Part shown: piece by piece, positions 37,895 through 49,328 of the stretch
Numbering within the stretch: position 1 is the first letter of the stretch
How the letters are laid out: each line of letters opens with the position of its first letter
Source of the DNA: Syntrophales bacterium
Lineage (GTDB): Bacteria > Desulfobacterota > Syntrophia > Syntrophales > UBA2210
DNA length: 64,000 nt
Direction of reading: 5' to 3'
Assembly (NCBI GenBank): GCA_963662405.2
Contig: CAXXKT010000001.1
Location: 1,312,001 to 1,376,000 of the forward strand
The notes under the pieces: generated by a model
Databases searched by the model: none
Told to the model about the DNA's origin: nothing
What the model saw: only the letters and a program-made list of their open reading frames with translations
Position numbers and translations under genes: made by a program

Positions 37895-38482
37895 ATGGAA
37901 CGAACAGAAAAGATCACCCGAACGACCACGGAAACGGATGTGTCCCTTGAGATCAACCTCGACGGAGACGGGGTGGGAGAGGTATCGACGACGATCCCGT
38001 TCCTCGATCATATGCTCACCCTTTTTACGAAACACGGTTTTTTTGATTTGAATGTCCGGGGGAGCGGGGATACGAATGTGGATTACCACCATCTGGTGGA
38101 GGATATCGGGATATGCCTCGGAGAGGCGGTGAAGAAGACCTTGGGAAACAAGGAGGGTGTCACCCGGTACGGGTCCGCCCGTGTCCCGATGGATGAGGCC
38201 CTGTGTGATGTCTGCATCGATATCTCCGGGAGACCGTACCTCGTTTTCAGGGCCGAATTCGGGGGAAAGAAGATCAGGGATTTTGATCCCCTCATTCTGG
38301 AAGAGTTTTTCAGGGCATTTGCCGATCACGGGGGAATAACCTTGCATATAAATGCCGTATATGGTAAGAATCCTCACCACATAGCGGAAGCCATCTTCAA
38401 GGCGTTTGCCCGTGCTTTGCGAGAGGCCGTCTGTATTGACGGTCGGATCAAGGGTGTCCTGTCGACGAAAGGAAGTATCTAA
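37895..38482 (+). CDS. hisB: Imidazoleglycerol-phosphate dehydratase
   Basis: RTTTETD, FLDHML, DYHHLVED, NPHHIAEA, STKG. Confidence 0.96.
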   Translation: MERTEKITRTTTETDVSLEINLDGDGVGEVSTTIPFLDHMLTLFTKHGFFDLNVRGSGDTNVDYHHLVEDIGICLGEAVKKTLGNKEGVTRYGSARVPMDEALCDVCIDISGRPYLVFRAEFGGKKIRDFDPLILEEFFRAFADHGGITLHINAVYGKNPHHIAEAIFKAFARALREAVCIDGRIKGVLSTKGSI

Positions 38483-38561
38483 CGCTGCTGTCTGCCACGC
38501 CGAAGATCTTTCCATGAAATTCCCCGTGGGGGCCGGTTGTCGGAAAATCTTACGGAACGGG

Positions 38562-39278
38562 GTGATACGTATCAAAAAATCTGTTTCTCTCTTCGGTCTT
38601 ATCATGGTTTTCCTGGGGGGGGTGTTTTGTGTGACCTTTTTGGTCGGGTGTGCATCCCGTCAGGGAGGGACGGCTCTTCTTCTCCAAAGGGGTGTTCACC
38701 TTGAGAAGCTTGCCGTGGTCCCTTTTCAGGTGGTTGTTCCCGGTGATCCGGTTGAACGGATCGTCCGCTGTCCCCTTTCCGGGGCAACGTTCAGATCGTG
38801 TGTACCGTCGGGGAATCCTGAGAGGAAGCTGGAGGAGTATCTGGTTGGCGGTCTCAAGCCGTCCGGGGGATGCGTCGTGATACCTCCCCGAGAGATGCAG
38901 GGTGCATACCAGAGGGCCTCCGCCGATTCCATGGATCGATCCCACCGCGAGGTGTTGAGAGCGGTGGGGAAAGAGGTCGGGGCGGACGGGGTCCTTGCGG
39001 GGTATCTTTTCTGCTATCGGGAGCGAAGGGGGCGCGATTATGCCGCGGAGCGACCCGCCTCGGTTGCCTTCTGCGTCCACCTGATCCGTGTTGCCGACGG
39101 TGTGACGATATGGAAGGGTGTTTTCGATAAGACACAGGGCTCATTGATGGAGAATATACTGGATATCATTCCCTTTATACGGGGTGGGGGAAGGTGGATG
39201 ACCGCCGACGAGTTGTCGCGGGAGGGTATGAGAGTGATATTGGGGAATTTCCCCGAGATGGAGGGACGTGACAGGTGA
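38562..39278 (+). CDS. Putative lipoprotein of unknown function inside the his cluster
   Basis: Lipobox FLVGC; LAVVPF...GADGVL...IWKG pattern; stop overlaps the hisA start; start approximate. Confidence 0.65.
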   Translation: MIRIKKSVSLFGLIMVFLGGVFCVTFLVGCASRQGGTALLLQRGVHLEKLAVVPFQVVVPGDPVERIVRCPLSGATFRSCVPSGNPERKLEEYLVGGLKPSGGCVVIPPREMQGAYQRASADSMDRSHREVLRAVGKEVGADGVLAGYLFCYRERRGRDYAAERPASVAFCVHLIRVADGVTIWKGVFDKTQGSLMENILDIIPFIRGGGRWMTADELSREGMRVILGNFPEMEGRDR

Positions 39279-40006
39279 TCATCATACCGGCTATCGATCT
39301 CAAGGGCGGTAAGTGTGTTCGGCTTCTGCAAGGTGATTTTAATCGGTCGACCGTCTATTCTGATAATCCCGCCGATATCGCCCTCAAGTGGCAAGAAAAG
39401 GGGGCCACGCGCATCCACGTGATTGATCTGGATGGTTCCCGTGACGGGGTGCCCCGTAACAGCGATGTTATTGAAGAGATCGCTCATGCGGTAGATGTTC
39501 CCCTCCAGGTCGGAGGTGGAATACGGGATATGGCGACCGTTGATCGGTACCGCGCCGGAGGGGTCGAATACGTAATCCTGGGGACTGCCGCCCTGAAGAA
39601 CAGAGACTTTGTCTTTGATGCGTGCGCTCTTCACCGGGGACATATCATCCTTGCCCTTGACGCCCGGGACGGCATGGTTGCGGTGGAGGGGTGGACCGAG
39701 AGCACGGAGCAATCCCCTGCGGAAATAGCCGCACAGTACGAGGGATGTGGTCTGGATTCCGTCATATACACCGACATCCGCCGCGACGGCATGGAGACGG
39801 GGGTCAACATTGCATCCACACGACTCCTCGCCGAATCGGTCGATATCCCGATCATCGCCTCGGGGGGTGTCGCTGGTATCCGCGACATCGACCGGCTCCT
39901 CGAAGAAGGCGGGGCGGGGATCCGGGGTGTCATTACCGGCAAGGCGCTCTATACCGGGGCCCTGAAGCTGGAGGATGCGATAGCGCGTGTAGCTGCTTTT
40001 GCATAG
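39275..40006 (+). CDS. hisA: ProFAR isomerase
   Basis: IIPAIDLKGGKCVRL, HVIDLDG, QVGGGIR, YTDIRRDG, IASGG. Confidence 0.96.
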   Translation: MIIIPAIDLKGGKCVRLLQGDFNRSTVYSDNPADIALKWQEKGATRIHVIDLDGSRDGVPRNSDVIEEIAHAVDVPLQVGGGIRDMATVDRYRAGGVEYVILGTAALKNRDFVFDACALHRGHIILALDARDGMVAVEGWTESTEQSPAEIAAQYEGCGLDSVIYTDIRRDGMETGVNIASTRLLAESVDIPIIASGGVAGIRDIDRLLEEGGAGIRGVITGKALYTGALKLEDAIARVAAFA

Positions 40007-40017
40007 GAGGTGGTGAA

Positions 40018-40353
40018 ATGGATGAGTGTATATTTTGCAGGATCGTACGGGGTGATATCCCGGCGACCGTTGTTTACGAGTCCCCGGATGCCCTGGCTTT
40101 TGAGGATGTCAATCCGATGGCCCCTGTCCATGTGGTGGTCGTACCGAAACAACATATAGCCACCCTGATGGGTGTCACGGACGGTGTGATGGAGGGATTG
40201 ATGGCGGCGGTGCGGGAGGTTGCCACGATCAAGGGAATCGCCGACAAGGGGTTCAGGACTGTTATCAATTGTAACGAGGAAGGCGGGCAGGTCGTCTTTC
40301 ACCTGCATATCCATGTCCTGGGAGGACGGAAGTTAAGCGATGATATGGGATAG
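40018..40353 (+). CDS. Histidine triad (HIT/HinT) nucleotide-binding protein
   Basis: MDECIFCRI start with AGGAGG RBS; HLHIH triad. Confidence 0.92.
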   Translation: MDECIFCRIVRGDIPATVVYESPDALAFEDVNPMAPVHVVVVPKQHIATLMGVTDGVMEGLMAAVREVATIKGIADKGFRTVINCNEEGGQVVFHLHIHVLGGRKLSDDMG

Positions 40354-40440
40354 CACGGGAAAAGCCCTGCTTGCGGAACGTCACGGCGGAGAAGAGTCAC
40401 CCCGAGGGGTGGGCAATATACGAGAGGTGTTGAAAAGGCA

Positions 40441-40884
40441 ATGGACATGCAAAAACAGATATCGGATGCGATGATCACGGCGGCCAAGGAGAAGGATAAA
40501 GAAACCTTATCGACTCTCCGCATGATCAAATCGGCCTTGCATAATAAAGAGATAGATCTCAAGGATAAATTCGGCGAGACGGAGATGCTGCAGGTGCTCG
40601 CCTCGATGGTCAAGCAGCGCAGGGACTCCGTCGAGCAATTCAAAGAGGGCGGACGGCTCGAGCTTGCCGAAAAGGAGACGAGAGAGATCGCGGTTATCCA
40701 GCGATTTATGCCCCTACAGTTGTCTGAAGAAGAGTTGCGTACCCTGATCGAGCAAGCAATTGCGGAGGCCGGTGCGACCGGCATTCGGGACATGGGAAAG
40801 GTAATGAAACTTTTGATGCCCCGCGTGACGGGAAAAGCCGACGGCAAGGCCGTGGGAGAGGCAGTCAAGGTACAGTTGTCCTAG
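40441..40884 (+). CDS. GatB/YqeY domain protein
   Basis: KQRRDSVEQF..GGR.ELAEKE, DMGKVM, GKADGK. Confidence 0.92.
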   Translation: MDMQKQISDAMITAAKEKDKETLSTLRMIKSALHNKEIDLKDKFGETEMLQVLASMVKQRRDSVEQFKEGGRLELAEKETREIAVIQRFMPLQLSEEELRTLIEQAIAEAGATGIRDMGKVMKLLMPRVTGKADGKAVGEAVKVQLS

Positions 40885-40930
40885 AACCGCTTTTTTTCGA
40901 ACAGGGTCCGGCCGGAGAGTAAGAGGGATC

Positions 40931-42724
40931 GTGAAGGGATATATTCCTCAGGAAAAGATAGGGGAAATCAAAAGCAGGGTCGGTATCGTCGATCTCATTT
41001 CCGGATATGTCACCCTGAAGAAGGCCGGCAGGAACTTTGTCGGGCTTTGCCCTTTTCACAAGGAAAAGACCCCTTCCTTCAGCGTGAATCCCGAGAAGCA
41101 GATCTTTTATTGCTTCGGCTGCGGGGAAGGGGGGGATATCTTTGCCTTCCTGATGAAGCTCAATGGGATTTCCTTCGCCGAGTCGGCGAGATACCTGGCG
41201 AAAAAGGCGGGGGTTTCTCTCCCGGTCAAACCGCTGACCGGTGCAGAGAAAACCAGGGAGACGGAGAAGGAAAAACTGTACCGGATCAACGCGATTGCTG
41301 CGGAATTCTTTTCACGGCAGCTTTCTTTACAGCGCGGTCACCCGGCCCGGCAGTACCTGAATATCCGCAAGATGGAGAATACCATCGTTGAGACGTTTCA
41401 TCTGGGGTATGCCCCGGAAGGATGGAGTCATCTCGTTTCCTATCTGGGGGAGAGAAAAGTTCCCCTCGTCCTTGCCGAGAGGGCCGGACTTGTCGTATCC
41501 AAAGAAACGAGTGGATACTATGACCGGTTTCGTAAGAGGTTGATTTTTCCGATAGAAGATTTGAGCGGGAGGGTGGTGGCATTCGGCGGCCGGGCCATTG
41601 ACGATGCGGATATGCCCAAGTATCTCAATTCTCCCGAGTCGCCCGTTTATACCAAGGGAAAGCTTCTATACGGCCTGTCCCGAACGAAAGATGCCGTCCG
41701 TGACAGAGATTATGCCATCTTGGTCGAAGGATATATCGATCTCCTCTCTTTATGGAATGCGGGGGTGAACAACGTAGTCGCGACTCTCGGAACGGCGCTG
41801 ACCCGGGATCAGGTCGGGTTGATCAGGCGCTTTACGCGGAACGTTGCCGTCATCTTTGATCCCGATGAGGCGGGGAGGCATGCCGTGGAACGGAGCCTGA
41901 AGCTGTTCCTTGAGGAAAGAATGCATGCCCGCGTGGTCGTTCTCCCCGAAGGATGTGATCCGGATGATTATGTCAAACACAATGGCGCGCCGGCCCTTGA
42001 GGAGTTGATCGCCCGCTCCCCGATGATGGTCGATTACTACGTCGACGTGATCATGGGAGGGGGAGGAACGTTTGAACACGACCTGGATGCCATGCGGGAT
42101 TCGATATCGTTCATCAGGACGATTGCTGATCCGATCGAACGGGATCTCTTTATCAAACGGGTCTCCGAACGGCTCGGCATCGACCAGAAACTCCTTAAGG
42201 ATCGGGTGGAAAAGGTCTTTCCGAAACAGAAGGGCGCCGTTCCTCCCCTTACTTATACACCGGGTGGAGGGGTGGACAAGGTTGACATGGTGGAATTAAA
42301 CCTTATCTATATGATGATGGAATATCCGGAGCATATTTCCGTTGTTGCTGAGGAGGGGATCATCGATTCATTCGGCTCGGAAGAGTTGAAAAAATTGGGG
42401 AATACCATTATCGAAAGGAAGGGAGATAGCAGTTCCCTGATCCGTGATCTGGGAGACGGGCCGGTAAAAGCCCGGCTCTTGCAGTTGATGATGGAACGAC
42501 CCTTCCCGGATAGTGAGATTGCGGGGAAGGTATTGCATGACAATATCAGGCAAGTACGAAACAAATGGTTCAAGGGCAGGCGGGCCCTTCTGAAAAAGGA
42601 GCTGATCCGAGCACAACAGGCGGGCGACAGGACTTTGAGTGACAGTCTGCTCAGGGATAAAGATAAATTGCTAAAGGAAGAGAGAGGATTGGTCAACAAT
42701 GAAAAAGGTGATCAAATCGGATGA
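40931..42724 (+). CDS. dnaG: DNA primase
   Basis: CPFH...CFGC Zn finger, FGGR, KYLNSPE, TOPRIM VEGYID / DPDEAG / DPDD. Confidence 0.97.
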   Translation: MKGYIPQEKIGEIKSRVGIVDLISGYVTLKKAGRNFVGLCPFHKEKTPSFSVNPEKQIFYCFGCGEGGDIFAFLMKLNGISFAESARYLAKKAGVSLPVKPLTGAEKTRETEKEKLYRINAIAAEFFSRQLSLQRGHPARQYLNIRKMENTIVETFHLGYAPEGWSHLVSYLGERKVPLVLAERAGLVVSKETSGYYDRFRKRLIFPIEDLSGRVVAFGGRAIDDADMPKYLNSPESPVYTKGKLLYGLSRTKDAVRDRDYAILVEGYIDLLSLWNAGVNNVVATLGTALTRDQVGLIRRFTRNVAVIFDPDEAGRHAVERSLKLFLEERMHARVVVLPEGCDPDDYVKHNGAPALEELIARSPMMVDYYVDVIMGGGGTFEHDLDAMRDSISFIRTIADPIERDLFIKRVSERLGIDQKLLKDRVEKVFPKQKGAVPPLTYTPGGGVDKVDMVELNLIYMMMEYPEHISVVAEEGIIDSFGSEELKKLGNTIIERKGDSSSLIRDLGDGPVKARLLQLMMERPFPDSEIAGKVLHDNIRQVRNKWFKGRRALLKKELIRAQQAGDRTLSDSLLRDKDKLLKEERGLVNNEKGDQIG

Positions 42725-44462
42725 AGTCAACAAACTTATTTCGTTAGGCAAGGGAAAAGGATTCCTCACGTATGACGATATCAACGATATGCTGCCGTCC
42801 GACGTTATATTCTCAGACCAGATAGATGACATCCTAACGGTCTTTCATGAGAAAAACATTGAAGTGGTCGATGTCGAAAGAGACGAGAAAGATACCGATA
42901 AACACGGGGAAAAAACCGATGAGGACGAAGAGAAAGGGATGAAGGACGAGATTCCTCCCCTCCCGGTATCAGCCCTCGGCAAGACGGGAGACCCCGTTAA
43001 GATGTACCTGAGAGAGATGGGGATGGTATCCCTCCTCAGTCGTGAGGAAGAGGTGCGAATCGCCAAGAAGATTGAGAAGGGGGAAAAGAAGATCATGGAG
43101 TCCCTCTTCAGCCTGCCGGTCTTTATCGGAGAGGTGGTGGAGATCGGGGAAAAGCTTCAAACAGGTGAGGTCCGGATCAAAACGGTTGTCGACAACCTTG
43201 AAGACGAAAGTGGTTTTACCGAGGAGGAAGTGTACCAAGAACGAGTGCAGAAGCTTGCCTCCAAGGTTGGACAACTGGACGCGCGGAATACCGTTCTGAG
43301 GGACAATTTAAAGAAGGGAGGACTGGCGGATGCGGATGAGAAAGCCATCAGGGATGAACTGGAGAAAAACGGCAAACGGATTGTGAAGCTCTGCAAGGAT
43401 ATCAATTTCAATAAACGTCGCATCAGTGCGATGGTTGCCAGGCTTAACGACACCGTTGCTGCTTTAAACGAGGGCGAGCGAGCGATACAGAAGTGCGTGG
43501 AAGAAGCGGGCATGTCACTCAACGCGTTGGATCGGTTGTTTTCCCGCATGAGGGCCGGTGAAGAGGAAGAGATCTCCACGGAAACGGGTATAGCGGTCAA
43601 AACGATCCGTGAGTACGAGCGGACAGTTCGAGAAGCCCGGAATACCAGAAAGAGAATAGCGGCTCAGATCGGTGTCCCCAAAGAGACATTGAAGATGATC
43701 GTGACCTCCATCAAGGGGGGAGAGTCCGAGGCGAACCGGGCGAAGAGAAAATTGATCAAGGCCAACCTCCGTCTGGTTGTCAGTATTGCCAAGAAATATA
43801 CAAACAGGGGTCTGCAGTTCCTGGATCTTATCCAGGAAGGGAATGTCGGATTGATGAAGGCCGTCGAGAAATTTGAGTACCAGCGGGGGTATAAGTTCTC
43901 CACGTATGCAACGTGGTGGATCAGGCAGGCCATCACGCGGGCCATCGCTGATCAGGCGCGGACAATACGGATCCCGGTTCACATGATCGAAACCATCAAT
44001 AAACTGATCAGGACGTCGCGGTACCTGGTGCAGGAACTGGGGAGGGAACCGACCCCCGCCGAGATCGCGGAAAAGATGGAGTTTCCTCTTGATAAGGTGC
44101 GAAAGGTATTGAAGATTGCCAAGGAGCCGATATCTTTGGAGACCCCCATCGGGGAAGAGGAGGATAGCTCTCTCGGGGATTTCATCGAGGATAAGAAGGT
44201 CATGTCTCCCTCCGATGCCACCATGAACATGGATCTCGCGCAGCAGACCAGGAAGATCCTATCCACCTTGACGCCGCGCGAGGAAAAGGTGCTCAGGATG
44301 CGCTTCGGGATCAGTGAAAAAGCCGACGCCGGGTTCAGCCCGGACAGGACAAGCGAATATTCCAATGACACGGTGGAACGGGCCATGCAGATCGAAGATA
44401 ATGTCCTGAAGAAGATGAGAGGTACATCAAGGCGCAGAGAGATCAAGGGAGGAATCAAATAG
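42699..44462 (+). CDS. rpoD: RNA polymerase sigma-70 factor RpoD with atypical region 4.2
   Basis: Region 1.1 ([14 protein letters not shown]), 1.2 ([11 protein letters not shown]), 2 ([13 protein letters not shown]...[16 protein letters not shown]), 3 and 4.1 intact; region 4.2 diverged. Confidence 0.9.
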   Translation: MKKVIKSDEVNKLISLGKGKGFLTYDDINDMLPSDVIFSDQIDDILTVFHEKNIEVVDVERDEKDTDKHGEKTDEDEEKGMKDEIPPLPVSALGKTGDPVKMYLREMGMVSLLSREEEVRIAKKIEKGEKKIMESLFSLPVFIGEVVEIGEKLQTGEVRIKTVVDNLEDESGFTEEEVYQERVQKLASKVGQLDARNTVLRDNLKKGGLADADEKAIRDELEKNGKRIVKLCKDINFNKRRISAMVARLNDTVAALNEGERAIQKCVEEAGMSLNALDRLFSRMRAGEEEEISTETGIAVKTIREYERTVREARNTRKRIAAQIGVPKETLKMIVTSIKGGESEANRAKRKLIKANLRLVVSIAKKYTNRGLQFLDLIQEGNVGLMKAVEKFEYQRGYKFSTYATWWIRQAITRAIADQARTIRIPVHMIETINKLIRTSRYLVQELGREPTPAEIAEKMEFPLDKVRKVLKIAKEPISLETPIGEEEDSSLGDFIEDKKVMSPSDATMNMDLAQQTRKILSTLTPREEKVLRMRFGISEKADAGFSPDRTSEYSNDTVERAMQIEDNVLKKMRGTSRRREIKGGIK

Positions 44463-44523
44463 GGCTTCCCCCTTGGCATTACAAGAGCGCGTTTCATTAT
44501 CCCCTGTCAGGAGTGTAAGAAGA

Positions 44524-44907
44524 TCAGTCGCAGACGGCGACAACCTCGATCTCCAACGGGGCATCTTTGGGGAGACGATTGACCGCCACGCAGCTCCTGG
44601 CGGGACGGGATTCTCCAAAGTACTGTGTGTAGATCGTGTTGAACTGATCAAACAGGGTCATGTCGGTCAAGAAGATCGTGACCTTTACCACGCGGTCGAG
44701 GTTCGAATGAGCATTCTCCAGAATATGTGTCAGGTTGTCGAGCACGGTTCGCACCTGGAGCTCGAAAGGCCCCGTTACCAACTGACCCGTTTTCGAGTTC
44801 ATCGGGATCTGCCCGGAAACGTACAACCAGCCCCCGGCCCTGACCGCCTGAGAGTAAGGCCCTATCGGGATAGGGGCCCGTTCGGTATAGACAATCTCTT
44901 TGTCCAT
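44524..44907 (-). CDS. ridA: RidA/YjgF family enamine/imine deaminase
   Basis: PIGPYSQA, VSGQIP, KVTIFL, PARSCV, LPK...EIE. Confidence 0.92.
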   Translation of the reverse strand: MDKEIVYTERAPIPIGPYSQAVRAGGWLYVSGQIPMNSKTGQLVTGPFELQVRTVLDNLTHILENAHSNLDRVVKVTIFLTDMTLFDQFNTIYTQYFGESRPARSCVAVNRLPKDAPLEIEVVAVCD

Positions 44908-45027
44908 AATGCCCTCCTTTCCCCACCGGTACTTGACAACACAACCGGGGAGATGTCAATCAAATAGTTGCACCAGGGATGGACCTCTGCTAAACCACCT
45001 CTATGTGAGATAAGGATGCAGCCGACG

Positions 45028-46221
45028 ATGGATGTGAAAACCATACTGACTGTTACACAGTTGACAGAGGTCATTAAAGAAACGCTGGAGGGATGCTTCG
45101 GCGCCGTTTGGATCACCGGTGAGATATCCAATCTTCGGCGCCCCGCTTCAGGCCACCTCTATGCGACCCTCAAAGACGAGAAGAGCCAGATACGCATGGT
45201 CGCCTTCCGGGGGTCGGTCGCGCGGCTGGGGTTTGATCTTGAAGACGGGATGAAGATTATCTGCCGGGGGAGGTTGAATGTCTATCCGGCCCGTGGCGAA
45301 TATCAGATCATTATCGATGCTGCTGAACCGAAGGGGCTCGGTGCCCTCCAGATGGCCTTCGAGCAGCTGAAAGTGCGCCTGGAGAAGGAGGGGTTGTTCG
45401 ATCATTCCCATAAGCGGAAAATCCCCTTTCTCCCCGGAAAGATCGGAATTGTCACCTCTTCTTCCGGCGCGGCCCTCCGGGATATCCTGAATATTACGGG
45501 GAGGAGGTTCCCCTCCGTCGATGTCGTGATCGCCCCCGCGGCCGTTCAGGGAGTCGAGGCGCCCCGGGAGATATGCAGTGCCGTGGCGGATCTCAATGAG
45601 GTTGGTGTTGATGTCATCATCGTCACTCGGGGGGGAGGGTCGCTTGAGGATCTCTTCTGTTTTAATGACGAACAAGTCGCCCGGGCAATCCGGGCCTCGA
45701 AGATTCCCGTCATCTCGGCCGTCGGCCATGAGATCGACTTCACGATCGCCGATTTCGCGGCCGATCTCAGGGCTCCGACCCCCTCTGCGGCCGCCGAGTT
45801 GGTGGTCCCCGATACGAGGGTCCTGATGGAACGAACACAGAGGCTGAGGTCACAGCTGATACATGCCTCTCATATGGTGTTGCGGGAGCTGAAAACGAGG
45901 GCGGTCTTTGTCGCGGAAGGTCTGCGCGATCCGAAGGAGAGGATTGCCGACCTGCGGGTGAGGGTTGAAAATCTCCGAGGCGAAGCGGGATCCCGGATAC
46001 AAACCCGTATTGATACCCTTCGGGGTGTCCTGCAGGCGGAGATGGCCCTCTTGGACACTCTCAGTCCCTTGGCCGTACTGGGAAGGGGTTTCGGGATCGT
46101 CCGGTTGGCCGACGGGTCCGTCGTTAGGGATGCGGGGATACTGGCGGTGGATGAGGGTGTCGATGTGCGGGTTGCATCGGGAAGTTTCACGGCGCGAGTG
46201 ACCACTATTTCACGGGAGTAA
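45028..46221 (+). CDS. xseA: Exodeoxyribonuclease VII large subunit
   Basis: GEISN, SGHLY, RGGGSLEDL, SAVGHEID, APTPSAAAE, LGRGF; start approximate. Confidence 0.95.
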   Translation: MDVKTILTVTQLTEVIKETLEGCFGAVWITGEISNLRRPASGHLYATLKDEKSQIRMVAFRGSVARLGFDLEDGMKIICRGRLNVYPARGEYQIIIDAAEPKGLGALQMAFEQLKVRLEKEGLFDHSHKRKIPFLPGKIGIVTSSSGAALRDILNITGRRFPSVDVVIAPAAVQGVEAPREICSAVADLNEVGVDVIIVTRGGGSLEDLFCFNDEQVARAIRASKIPVISAVGHEIDFTIADFAADLRAPTPSAAAELVVPDTRVLMERTQRLRSQLIHASHMVLRELKTRAVFVAEGLRDPKERIADLRVRVENLRGEAGSRIQTRIDTLRGVLQAEMALLDTLSPLAVLGRGFGIVRLADGSVVRDAGILAVDEGVDVRVASGSFTARVTTISRE

Positions 46222-46225
46222 AAGG

Positions 46226-46480
46226 ATGGCGGAAAAAACGTTTGAGAAGGCCCTGGAAGAACTGGAAGCGATTGTAAAAAAGATGGAAGGCGGGGATTTG
46301 TCTCTTGATGATTCGCTCAAGGCCTTCGAAGAGGGGATCAGACTCTCCCGGTTTTGCACCGACAGGCTGGAGGAGACGGAGAGAAAGATCGAAATCCTGC
46401 TCAGGGATGATGATGTCCTGAAGACTGAACCATTTGAGAAGAAGAATGGAGATGATCGTGAATCAACCGATATCACTTGA
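46226..46480 (+). CDS. xseB: Exodeoxyribonuclease VII small subunit
   Basis: FEKALEELEAIV...LSLDDSLKAFEEG. Confidence 0.95.
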   Translation: MAEKTFEKALEELEAIVKKMEGGDLSLDDSLKAFEEGIRLSRFCTDRLEETERKIEILLRDDDVLKTEPFEKKNGDDRESTDIT

Positions 46481-47354
46481 GACATATCTCGCGGGACGGA
46501 AAGAAGTGGTCGATCGGGCTCTTGACGAATACCTCCCGGCGGTGGTCGGTGTTTCTTCCGAGATCGTCGAGGCAATGCGCTACTCGCTTTTCGCCGGCGG
46601 GAAACGGCTCCGGCCGATCCTCTGTATGGCCTCGGCGGAGGCGGTCGGCGGGAGTATGCGGACGGCACTTCCCATTGCATGTGCCATTGAGATGGTCCAT
46701 ACCTATTCCCTGATACATGATGACCTTCCGGCGATGGATAATGATGCCTATCGGCGGGGGAAGCCCACAAATCACAGGGTGTTCGGGGAAGGGATCGCGA
46801 TTCTGGCGGGGGATGCCCTCCTGACGGAGGCCTTCTGCCTCCTCTCCGGTCGACACCCGGGGATTCCTCCTGAAAAGGGGCTGACTGTTTTGCATGAGGT
46901 CGCTCGGGCTGCGGGTTTTCAGGGGATGGTGGGTGGTCAGGTGGCGGATCTCAGGGCTGAGGGGGAGGTGGTGGACCGGCAACAGGTGGACTATATCCAC
47001 ACACACAAGACACAGGCCCTCATTACCGTTTCCATCCGCGCGGGGGCACTGCTGGCGGATGCCGGGATAGATGATCTCAATGCCCTCTCGGCGTATGGGG
47101 ACATGACGGGACTTGCCTTTCAGATAGCGGATGATATCTTGGACATCGAAAGTTCCCGGAAGGCCCTGGGGAAGGATACCGGCAGCGATGAAGGGCGCGG
47201 TAAGGCAACCTATCCCGCCCTGATCGGACTTGAAAGGTCCCGGGAAGAGATGTCCCGATTGGTCGAGGATGCCCTGTCGGCGATACGTCGGTTCGATGAT
47301 CGGATCGATCCCCTGCGGATGATCGCACGGTTCATCGCAGAGCGGAAATCGTAG
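46458..47354 (+). CDS. ispA: Polyprenyl (farnesyl/geranylgeranyl) diphosphate synthase
   Basis: [35 protein letters not shown]. Confidence 0.93.
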   Translation: MNQPISLETYLAGRKEVVDRALDEYLPAVVGVSSEIVEAMRYSLFAGGKRLRPILCMASAEAVGGSMRTALPIACAIEMVHTYSLIHDDLPAMDNDAYRRGKPTNHRVFGEGIAILAGDALLTEAFCLLSGRHPGIPPEKGLTVLHEVARAAGFQGMVGGQVADLRAEGEVVDRQQVDYIHTHKTQALITVSIRAGALLADAGIDDLNALSAYGDMTGLAFQIADDILDIESSRKALGKDTGSDEGRGKATYPALIGLERSREEMSRLVEDALSAIRRFDDRIDPLRMIARFIAERKS

Positions 47355-47401
47355 GGTGCGTTTCGGGTCGATGGGGACCGCGAATCGCGGGAGAAACAGG
47401 T

Positions 47402-49291
47402 ATGAATAACGAAAACGGAATACTGGAGGGGATCAACGATCCTGAAGACATACGATGCCTCGGCATTGAAGAACTGAAAACCCTGGCCGGCGAAATCAGG
47501 CAGATGATACTGAAGGTTGTCTCCGTAAACGGCGGGCACCTGGCCCCCTCGTTGGGGGCGGTTGAACTGGCCCTGGCCATCCATTATGTCTTTGATACTC
47601 CGCGGGACAAGGTCATCTGGGATGTGGGGCACCAGGCATATGCACACAAGATCGTTACGGGGAGGAGACAGGCGTTTCACACCCTCAGAAAGAAGGGGGG
47701 AGTCAGCGGTTTTCCCAAGAGACAGGAGAGTGTCTATGACGTATTCGGCGCGGGCCACAGCAGCACCTCCATCTCCGCAGCGGCCGGTATCGCCGATGCC
47801 CGATGCCTGAAGGAACAGCATTTCAAGGTGATCGCCGTCATCGGGGATGGGTCTATGACCGCCGGAATGGCATTTGAGGCCCTCAATTGGTCCGGGGAGC
47901 GGGAGAAGGACCTGATCGTTATCCTGAATGACAACGAGATGTCCATTTCCCCGAACGTGGGGGCCATGTCTTCCTACCTGAATCGTGTCATGACGGGGCA
48001 GCAGATCACGCGCCTCCGGGCAAAGATCCACGATTTTCTGAAGACCGTCCCCGGGGTGGGAGAGCAGGTGATCAAATTTGCCCGGAGGGCTGAAGAGTCG
48101 CTCAAGGGTTTCGTGGTCCCGGGGATGCTCTTTGAAGAACTGGGGTTCAAGTATATCGGTCCCCTTGAAGGCCACCGGTTGGATCACCTGATCAAAAATC
48201 TCCAGAACGTACGAGGTATGGAGCGGCCTGTCCTGGTGCATGTCATCACTCGAAAGGGGAAGGGGTACCGCTTTGCCGAGGAGGACCCCGCCCGATTCCA
48301 TGGAATCGGGCCCTTTAATGTCGAAACGGGAGAGACAATCAGCCAGAATCATTCCCGGAAATCATACACGCAGGTCTTCGGCCAGACGGTGTTGGAACTC
48401 GCCCGCGAAAATCCTGCCGTTGTTGCGATCACGGCCGCGATGATGAGCGGGACCGGTCTCGACCGGTTTGCCCGTGAGATCCCCGAGCGGTTTTACGATG
48501 TCGGAATCGCCGAGCAGCACGGGGTTACCTTTGCCGCAGGACTCGCCACCGAGGGATTGATCCCCATTGTTGCGATCTACTCCACCTTCCTGCAGCGGGC
48601 CTACGACCAAGTGCTTCATGACGTGTGCCTGCAGAATCTTCCCGTCGTTTTCGCCCTCGACCGGGGGGGGGTCGTCGGGGATGACGGCCCGACACATCAC
48701 GGACTCTTCGATTTCGTCTACCTGCGATCCATTCCGAATATGGTGGTAATGGCCCCGAAGGATGAAAACGAACTGCAACATATGCTCAAGACTGCCGTGG
48801 AGTGCGGCGGCCCCGTTTCAATACGCTATCCCCGCGGCGCCGGGATGGGAGTTTCCCTCGACGAACGACCTGCCTGTATCGAAATCGGAAAGGCAGAGAT
48901 TCTCCGAGAAGGGAAGGATGTTGTCATCATGGCAATCGGATCCACCGTGTATCCCTCCCTCGAAGCTGCGGAAGTCCTTGCCGGCGAAGGGATTGAGGCG
49001 ACCGTTGTCAACAGCCGTTTCGTTAAACCCCTCGACAGGGATCTGTTGTGTAACATCTCATCCTCGTGTAAGCGGGTTGTTACGGTTGAAGAGCATGTCC
49101 TGATGGGCGGGTTCGGCAGTGCCGTTCTCGAGTTGTTTGAAGAAACAGGGCTGATGGGAATTGCCGTAAAGCGGGTCGGTATCGCTGACGAATTTGTAGA
49201 ACAGGGGACGCAGGCCGAACTGCGGAGACAACAGGGGGTCGATGCCCGGGGGATCGTGGAGTCCGTCAGAAGGATGGTAACTCTATCGTGA
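47402..49291 (+). CDS. dxs: 1-deoxy-D-xylulose-5-phosphate synthase
   Basis: [45 protein letters not shown]. Confidence 0.97.
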   Translation: MNNENGILEGINDPEDIRCLGIEELKTLAGEIRQMILKVVSVNGGHLAPSLGAVELALAIHYVFDTPRDKVIWDVGHQAYAHKIVTGRRQAFHTLRKKGGVSGFPKRQESVYDVFGAGHSSTSISAAAGIADARCLKEQHFKVIAVIGDGSMTAGMAFEALNWSGEREKDLIVILNDNEMSISPNVGAMSSYLNRVMTGQQITRLRAKIHDFLKTVPGVGEQVIKFARRAEESLKGFVVPGMLFEELGFKYIGPLEGHRLDHLIKNLQNVRGMERPVLVHVITRKGKGYRFAEEDPARFHGIGPFNVETGETISQNHSRKSYTQVFGQTVLELARENPAVVAITAAMMSGTGLDRFAREIPERFYDVGIAEQHGVTFAAGLATEGLIPIVAIYSTFLQRAYDQVLHDVCLQNLPVVFALDRGGVVGDDGPTHHGLFDFVYLRSIPNMVVMAPKDENELQHMLKTAVECGGPVSIRYPRGAGMGVSLDERPACIEIGKAEILREGKDVVIMAIGSTVYPSLEAAEVLAGEGIEATVVNSRFVKPLDRDLLCNISSSCKRVVTVEEHVLMGGFGSAVLELFEETGLMGIAVKRVGIADEFVEQGTQAELRRQQGVDARGIVESVRRMVTLS

Positions 49292-49328
49292 CCAGCGCGC
49301 CGATTACCATGACAGGGGCACGAATCAG

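Noticed and set aside
37286..38605. 439-aa - strand ORF
   Set aside because: Antisense to hisG/hisB, which have clear motifs.
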